Part shown: piece by piece, positions 59,145-64,000 of the stretch
Layout: each line of letters starts with the position of its first letter
Position numbering within the stretch: the stretch's first letter is position 1
NCBI GenBank assembly: GCA_963765205.1
Contig: CAVXVB010000009.1
Span: 1,216,001-1,280,000, forward strand
Origin: an uncultured Verrucomicrobiae bacterium
Lineage (GTDB): Bacteria > Verrucomicrobiota > Verrucomicrobiia > Opitutales > JABDGR01
DNA: 64,000 nt
Reading direction: 5' to 3'
The notes under the pieces: generated by a model
Databases searched by the model: none
The model's input: the letters and a program-made list of their open reading frames with translations, nothing else
What the model was told of the DNA's origin: nothing
Position numbers and translations under genes: made by a program

Positions 59145-60615
59145 ATGCGTATGTTTTTTGGGCCTGAACGGCGAATCGCGCGGCTCCTCGCCGTCTTGCT
59201 GATTGGCGCGCCGGCGGCGGGCTGCGCCACTTCTTTCGCGCCCACCGGTTGGGACGCGGAACCGGCGATCCTTGCACGCATTCATGCGCCGGAGTTTCCG
59301 GAGCGGGATTTCCCGATCACGGATTTCGGCGCGAGGGCGGACGCCGCAACCGTTGACACGGACGCAATTCGCCAAGCCATCGCGGCCTGCCACGCGGTGG
59401 GTGGCGGGCGCGTCGTGGTGCCGGCGGGCGTGTTTCTCACGGGCGCGATTCATTTGCTCAGCAATGTCAACCTGCATCTAGAAGCTGGCGCGACACTCAA
59501 GTTCAGCGCCGACCCGGCGCGCTACCTGCCAGTGGTCTTCACGCGCTTTGAAGGAATCGAATGCCTGAATTATTCGCCGCTCATTTACGCTTTCGAGCAG
59601 GAGAACATCGCCGTCACCGGGGCGGGAGTACTCGACGGCTCGGCCGGGCCGGGCCAATGGTGGAACTGGCTGCGTGGGCCGGACGGGCAGAATTTGCCCG
59701 ATGCACCGCAAAACGCCGACTCGCGCCAACTCAACGCGCTGAGCGACCAGGGCGTGCCGCCCGCGCAACGCGTATTCGGGGCGGGGCATTTTTTGCGCCC
59801 GAATTTCATCCAGCCCTACCGTTGCCAAAACGTCCTCATCGAAGGGGTGACGATCCGCAATTCACCCATGTGGGAAATGAACCCGGTGCTGTGCACCAAC
59901 GTCATTGTGCGCGGCGTCAATGTGGATTGCCCCGCCGGCCCCAACAACGACGGCTGCGACCCGGAATGCAGCAAGGACGTATTGATCGAGGACTGCACCT
60001 TCCAGACCGGCGATGACTGCATCGCCATCAAATCGGGCCGCAACGATGATGGCCGCCGGGTCGGGGTGGCGGCGGAGGACATTATCGTGCGCCGCTGCAC
60101 GATGAAGAACGGGCATGGCGGCGTGGTCACCGGCAGCGAAATTGCCGGCGGCTGCCGCAATGTCTACCTCGAGGACTGCCGGATGGACAGCCCGAACTTG
60201 GAACGGGCACTGCGCTTCAAGAGCAACGCCGTGCGCGGTGGGATCATCGAAAATATTTTGGTGCGAAATCTTACCATCGGCCAGGTCAAAGAGGCGGTGG
60301 TGACGGTGGATTTTCTCTATGAGAAAGGCGCGCAAGGCCCGTATCGGCCGGTGCTGCGCAATGTGGAACTGCGGAACGTGACCTGCGCGTCCGCGCCGCG
60401 CGTTTTGCATGTGTTGGGCTTTCCCCGCGCGCAGATTGACGGGATTCAATTGTGTGGATTGCGCTTTCCAGGGGCTGACTGCGCCCGAGCTGGTTCTTGA
60501 CGCCGGGGCGATAACGTTTCAAAACACTCGTTTGGAGCCGAAGGAAATACCCCCGAGCCTGAGCACGCGACCCCATCCCACCATCCCTACCCCACCCCTC
60601 ACCCCCACCCCATGA
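59145..60615 (+). CDS. GH28 polygalacturonase-family protein, 1-nt indel near 60453
   Basis: LRPNFIQ, NNDGCDPE, GDDCIAIKSG, GHGG, RFKS; shifted frame VDCAFQG... ends in an ATGA overlap with the MFS gene. Confidence 0.88.
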
Positions 60616-61928
60616 ATTCCACCCCCGTTGATACCCGTCCGGCCACCCGTTACCGCTGGATCATTTGCCTGCTGCTATTCTGGGTCACCACCGCCAATTA
60701 CATTGACCGCAGTGTTTTTGGCAATCTGGCGCCCGAGTTGCAAAAACACTTCGGCTGGTCGGACGGCACCTATTGGTATATGACCATGTGCTTCAGCGCG
60801 GCCTATGCGGTGAGCTTGCTGGTGATGGGCCGCGTAATTGACGTGATCGGCTTGCGCTGGGGCTTTGTGCTCGCCTGTGCGTTTTGGGGCCTCGCCTCGA
60901 TGAGCCACGCCTTGGTCACGAGCATCGCCGGATTTTTTCTGGTGCGCGTGTTGCTCGGGCTGGGCGAGGGCGGCAACTTTCCCGCCGCCATCAAGACCGT
61001 GGCGGAATGGTTTCCGAAAAACGAACGCGCCTTGGCCACCGGCTTGTTCAATTCCGGCTCCAACATTGGCGGAATTTTTGTGCCCATTGCGCTAACCGCG
61101 CTGATTCCGGTGCTCAACGGCCTCACCATCGCCGGCCATGTGGTGGGCTGGCGCGGCGCGTTTCTGGCCACCGGGATGATTGACCTGCTCTGGATCGTGG
61201 CCTGGCTGGCCTTTTACCGCAAGCCGGCGGAGCATCCAAGCGTGTCGCCGGCGGAACTGGCCCTGATTAACAGCGAGCCACCCGAGGCGACCGTCAAAGT
61301 TCCGTGGCGTCGGCTGTTCCAATATCGCCAAGCCTGGGCCTTTGTCGTCGGCAAAACCATGACGGACTGTTTCTGGTGGTTTTATCTCTTCGGGTCGCCC
61401 TCTTTCTTTCACGACCGCTTCGGCCTCGACCTCAAGGGCCGCACGGGGCCGGTGGCCACGATTTATGTGCTGGCGTCGGTCGGCAGCATTGCCGGCGGCT
61501 GGCTGTCGGGACATTTCATGAAGAAAGGGTGGACGACGAACAAGGCGCGCAAAATTACGATGCTGATTTGCGCGGCGCTGGTGCTGCCGGTGGTGTTTGC
61601 CACGGTTTCAGACAACCAGTGGATCGCGGTGGCGTTGATGGCAGTGGCGGCGTCCGCGCACCAGGCCTGGTCGGCCAATCTTTTCAGCCTTTCGTCCGAT
61701 ATGTTTCCACGCCGGATGGTGGGCTCCGTCACTGGTTTGGGCGGGATGGCCGGCTCGCTCGGCGGCATGGTGCTCTTTGCGCTGACCGGCTTCATTAAGA
61801 ACCGGGGTTACAGCTATGTCCCGATATTCATCGCGGCGGGCGGAGCCTATCTGTTGGCGTTGTTGTTCATCCACCTGCTCGTGCCGCGGCTCGAGCCGGC
61901 GAAGGTGGACGAAGTGCCCACCGCCTGA
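60612..61928 (+). CDS. ExuT-like hexuronate MFS transporter
   Basis: NYIDR, GEGGNFPAAIK.VAEWFP..ERA.ATG.FN.G.NIG, AHQAWSAN. Confidence 0.9.
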   Translation: MNSTPVDTRPATRYRWIICLLLFWVTTANYIDRSVFGNLAPELQKHFGWSDGTYWYMTMCFSAAYAVSLLVMGRVIDVIGLRWGFVLACAFWGLASMSHALVTSIAGFFLVRVLLGLGEGGNFPAAIKTVAEWFPKNERALATGLFNSGSNIGGIFVPIALTALIPVLNGLTIAGHVVGWRGAFLATGMIDLLWIVAWLAFYRKPAEHPSVSPAELALINSEPPEATVKVPWRRLFQYRQAWAFVVGKTMTDCFWWFYLFGSPSFFHDRFGLDLKGRTGPVATIYVLASVGSIAGGWLSGHFMKKGWTTNKARKITMLICAALVLPVVFATVSDNQWIAVALMAVAASAHQAWSANLFSLSSDMFPRRMVGSVTGLGGMAGSLGGMVLFALTGFIKNRGYSYVPIFIAAGGAYLLALLFIHLLVPRLEPAKVDEVPTA

Positions 61929-61951
61929 TTTTTGTCCGGAATTTTTGCGCC

Positions 61952-63652
61952 ATGACGAAAAGAATTCTTTGCGGCACGGTGTTAATGGCGGCGGCTTTTC
62001 GATTCGCGGCCGGGGCGGATACGTCTGTACTGCCCACCCCGCCAGCGGCATGGTCGCCGGATTTGGGCGATGGCACCTATAAAAACCCGATCATCTTCGC
62101 CGATTATTCCGACCCGGATGTGACGCGGGTGGGCGATGATTTTTATCTGGTGTCGTCGTCCTTCACCTGTGTGCCGGGTTTGCCGATCCTGCATTCAAAA
62201 GATTTGGTCAACTGGACAATCATCGGTCACGCGCTGCAGAAGCAAGTGCCCGAGGAGCATTTCAACGCAGTGCAGAGTGGCGGAGGGGTGTGGGCGCCGT
62301 CCATCCGCTTTCATGCGGGCAAGTTTTATATTTTTTATCCCGACCCGGATAACGGAATTTACATGGTTACCGCCACCGACCCGGCGGGCGCGTGGAGCAC
62401 GCCGGTGCTGGTGAAGGCAGGCAAGGGCCTGGAAGACCCCTGTCCATTGTGGGATGACGACGGGAAGGTCTGGCTCGTGCATGCCTGGGTTGGCTCGCGG
62501 GCGGGGCGCAACAACATCCTGACGCTGGTGCCGCTCAGCGACGACGACGCCAAAGCCACCGGGGACGGGCAGGACATCATCCTCGGTGCAGATTTTAAGG
62601 TCACCACGCTGGAAGGCCCGAAGTTTTACAAACTCAAGGGTTACTACTGGATTTTTGCGCCAGTAGGCGGCGTGGGCGGTGGCACCGAGGCTGTCTTCCG
62701 CTCGAAAAACGTGGCGGGGCCGTATGAAATGCGCATCGTCCTCGCGCAAGGCGGCACACCCGTCAACGGCCCGCATCAGGGTGGACTCGTGGACACGCCT
62801 GACGGCAAGCAGTGGTGGTTCATTCACTTTCAGGATCGGGCGGCAGCCACGCCAAAGGGAGCCGAAGGCCGCGTTGACCATCTGGAGCCAGTCGCCTGGC
62901 GCGAGGATGGCTGGCCGGTCATCGGCAACGACCCGAACAACACCGGAACAGGTGAGCCGGTGCTCACTTTTAAAAAGCCGGAGGTGGGTAAAACTTATCC
63001 CGCCGCCACGCCGCAGAGTTCGGACGAATTTAATTCACCCGCGCTCGGCCTACAATGGCAGTGGCTGGCGAACCCGCAGGCCCATTGGTTTTCGCTGACC
63101 GCGCAACCGGGCCGCCTGCGCCTCTATGCCCAGCCGGCCAACGCCAGCCTGGTGCGCCAGCCCAATTTGCTGTTACAAAAAATTCCCGCACCCGCGTTCA
63201 ATGTCGTCACCCGGATAAATTTCTCGCCCCTGGCGGAGGGGGAAACCGCCGGGTTGATCATTTATGGCTCGCCATGCGCATGGATTGGGTTGAAAAAAAC
63301 CGCCGGCGGCGACGGTTGGCGGGTAAGCCAGACAGTCAGTCGCCCAGGTGCGGCCAACGCACCCGACATCGTCGCGGAAGCGGCGGGCGCGGCGGTGAAC
63401 GCGAACTCGCTTTATCTCGCCTTCTCCATGACCGCCGATTCGCGCGCGCAGTTCAGCTACAGTGAAGATGGGCAGAACTACACCACACTCGGCGCACCCG
63501 TGGCCATCGCCGCCATCCGCAACAGTTGGATCGGCGCAAAATTCGGCCTGTTCGCCGTGAATTTCAGAACGCCCGGCGATTCAACCGCGGCCCCATCCGG
63601 CTATGCGGACTTTGCTTGGATCCACGTCGTGCCCGTCGGTAGCCAACCATGA
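61952..63652 (+). CDS. GH43 beta-xylosidase/arabinofuranosidase family protein
   Basis: NPII.ADYSDPD, WAPS, EDPCP.WDDDG, EGPK, PHQGG; C-terminal ConA-like domain. Confidence 0.92.
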   Translation: MTKRILCGTVLMAAAFRFAAGADTSVLPTPPAAWSPDLGDGTYKNPIIFADYSDPDVTRVGDDFYLVSSSFTCVPGLPILHSKDLVNWTIIGHALQKQVPEEHFNAVQSGGGVWAPSIRFHAGKFYIFYPDPDNGIYMVTATDPAGAWSTPVLVKAGKGLEDPCPLWDDDGKVWLVHAWVGSRAGRNNILTLVPLSDDDAKATGDGQDIILGADFKVTTLEGPKFYKLKGYYWIFAPVGGVGGGTEAVFRSKNVAGPYEMRIVLAQGGTPVNGPHQGGLVDTPDGKQWWFIHFQDRAAATPKGAEGRVDHLEPVAWREDGWPVIGNDPNNTGTGEPVLTFKKPEVGKTYPAATPQSSDEFNSPALGLQWQWLANPQAHWFSLTAQPGRLRLYAQPANASLVRQPNLLLQKIPAPAFNVVTRINFSPLAEGETAGLIIYGSPCAWIGLKKTAGGDGWRVSQTVSRPGAANAPDIVAEAAGAAVNANSLYLAFSMTADSRAQFSYSEDGQNYTTLGAPVAIAAIRNSWIGAKFGLFAVNFRTPGDSTAAPSGYADFAWIHVVPVGSQP

Positions 63653-63657
63653 CCACC

Positions 63658-64000
63658 TTAAGGGTTCGCAGTCGCCGGTTTGATGGGTGCGGTTCCGGTG
63701 GTAGTTGTGTCCGGTGCTGCCGGTGGATTGGACTCGGCGACTTTGGTGGCGCTGTCCGTCGGCGTTAACTGTTTGTCCAAGCTCAGCCAGTCCCCCATGA
63801 TCCGAAGGCTCTCACGCAATTGGATGTCATAATCCACCGGGGTGTTGGCGGGGTCGTCGTCATCGGACTTGAGGGCATCCAGGGTGAAGGCCGGCTGGCC
63901 ATCCTGCTGGCTTTTGGCGGCCTCGAGGAGGACATCGGTGGATTTGTAATTGTTCTTGGCCAGGGCCTCGAGGCTCTTCTTCAAATCGTCGCGGAAGGCG
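63658..64000 (-). CDS. C-terminus of a larger protein, possibly carboxy-terminal processing peptidase (partial)
   Basis: Open to the window edge; DYDIQLRESLRIMGDWL resembles the Prc/Tsp terminal helix. Confidence 0.45.
   Translation of the reverse strand, partial: AFRDDLKKSLEALAKNNYKSTDVLLEAAKSQQDGQPAFTLDALKSDDDDPANTPVDYDIQLRESLRIMGDWLSLDKQLTPTDSATKVAESNPPAAPDTTTTGTAPIKPATANP

Overview
GC-rich bacterial chromosome segment, most consistent with Verrucomicrobiota/Opitutales (PEP-CTERM proteins, DUF1592/DUF1552 pair, LpxC-FabZ fusion). Left to right: (1) a NarL-type two-component pair, two DUF3494 (ice-binding-like) PEP-CTERM paralogs and a general-stress small-protein cluster, three genes of which share an identically spaced activator box, -10 and leaderless start; (2) dgt; (3) a rearranged IS256 bounded by two inverted copies of its right end, with an IS1182 inserted into one terminal repeat; (4) valS, intact but with a patchwork of AT-rich, divergent internal segments; (5) MFS, planctomycete-type cytochrome c/DUF1592/DUF1552/esterase, arsR-arsC-aquaglyceroporin, prfB with its programmed +1 frameshift, GH29 fucosidase, an orphan ATP-grasp-like enzyme, fumC, heptose kinase, M24 peptidase, lpxC-fabZ; (6) a pectin/uronate locus (GH105, GH88, eda, kduI/kduD, GH105-GH28 fusion, GH28, ExuT-like MFS, GH43) interrupted by a BsuBI/PstI-like R-M pair and an IS5. 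Many intergenic gaps hold inverted repeats built of degenerate 7-nt or 9-nt units, often near small low-GC accessory genes. Six scattered single-base frameshifts suggest assembly indels. No rRNA, tRNA or CRISPR array was seen. All family calls come from motif recognition by eye, not database searches.
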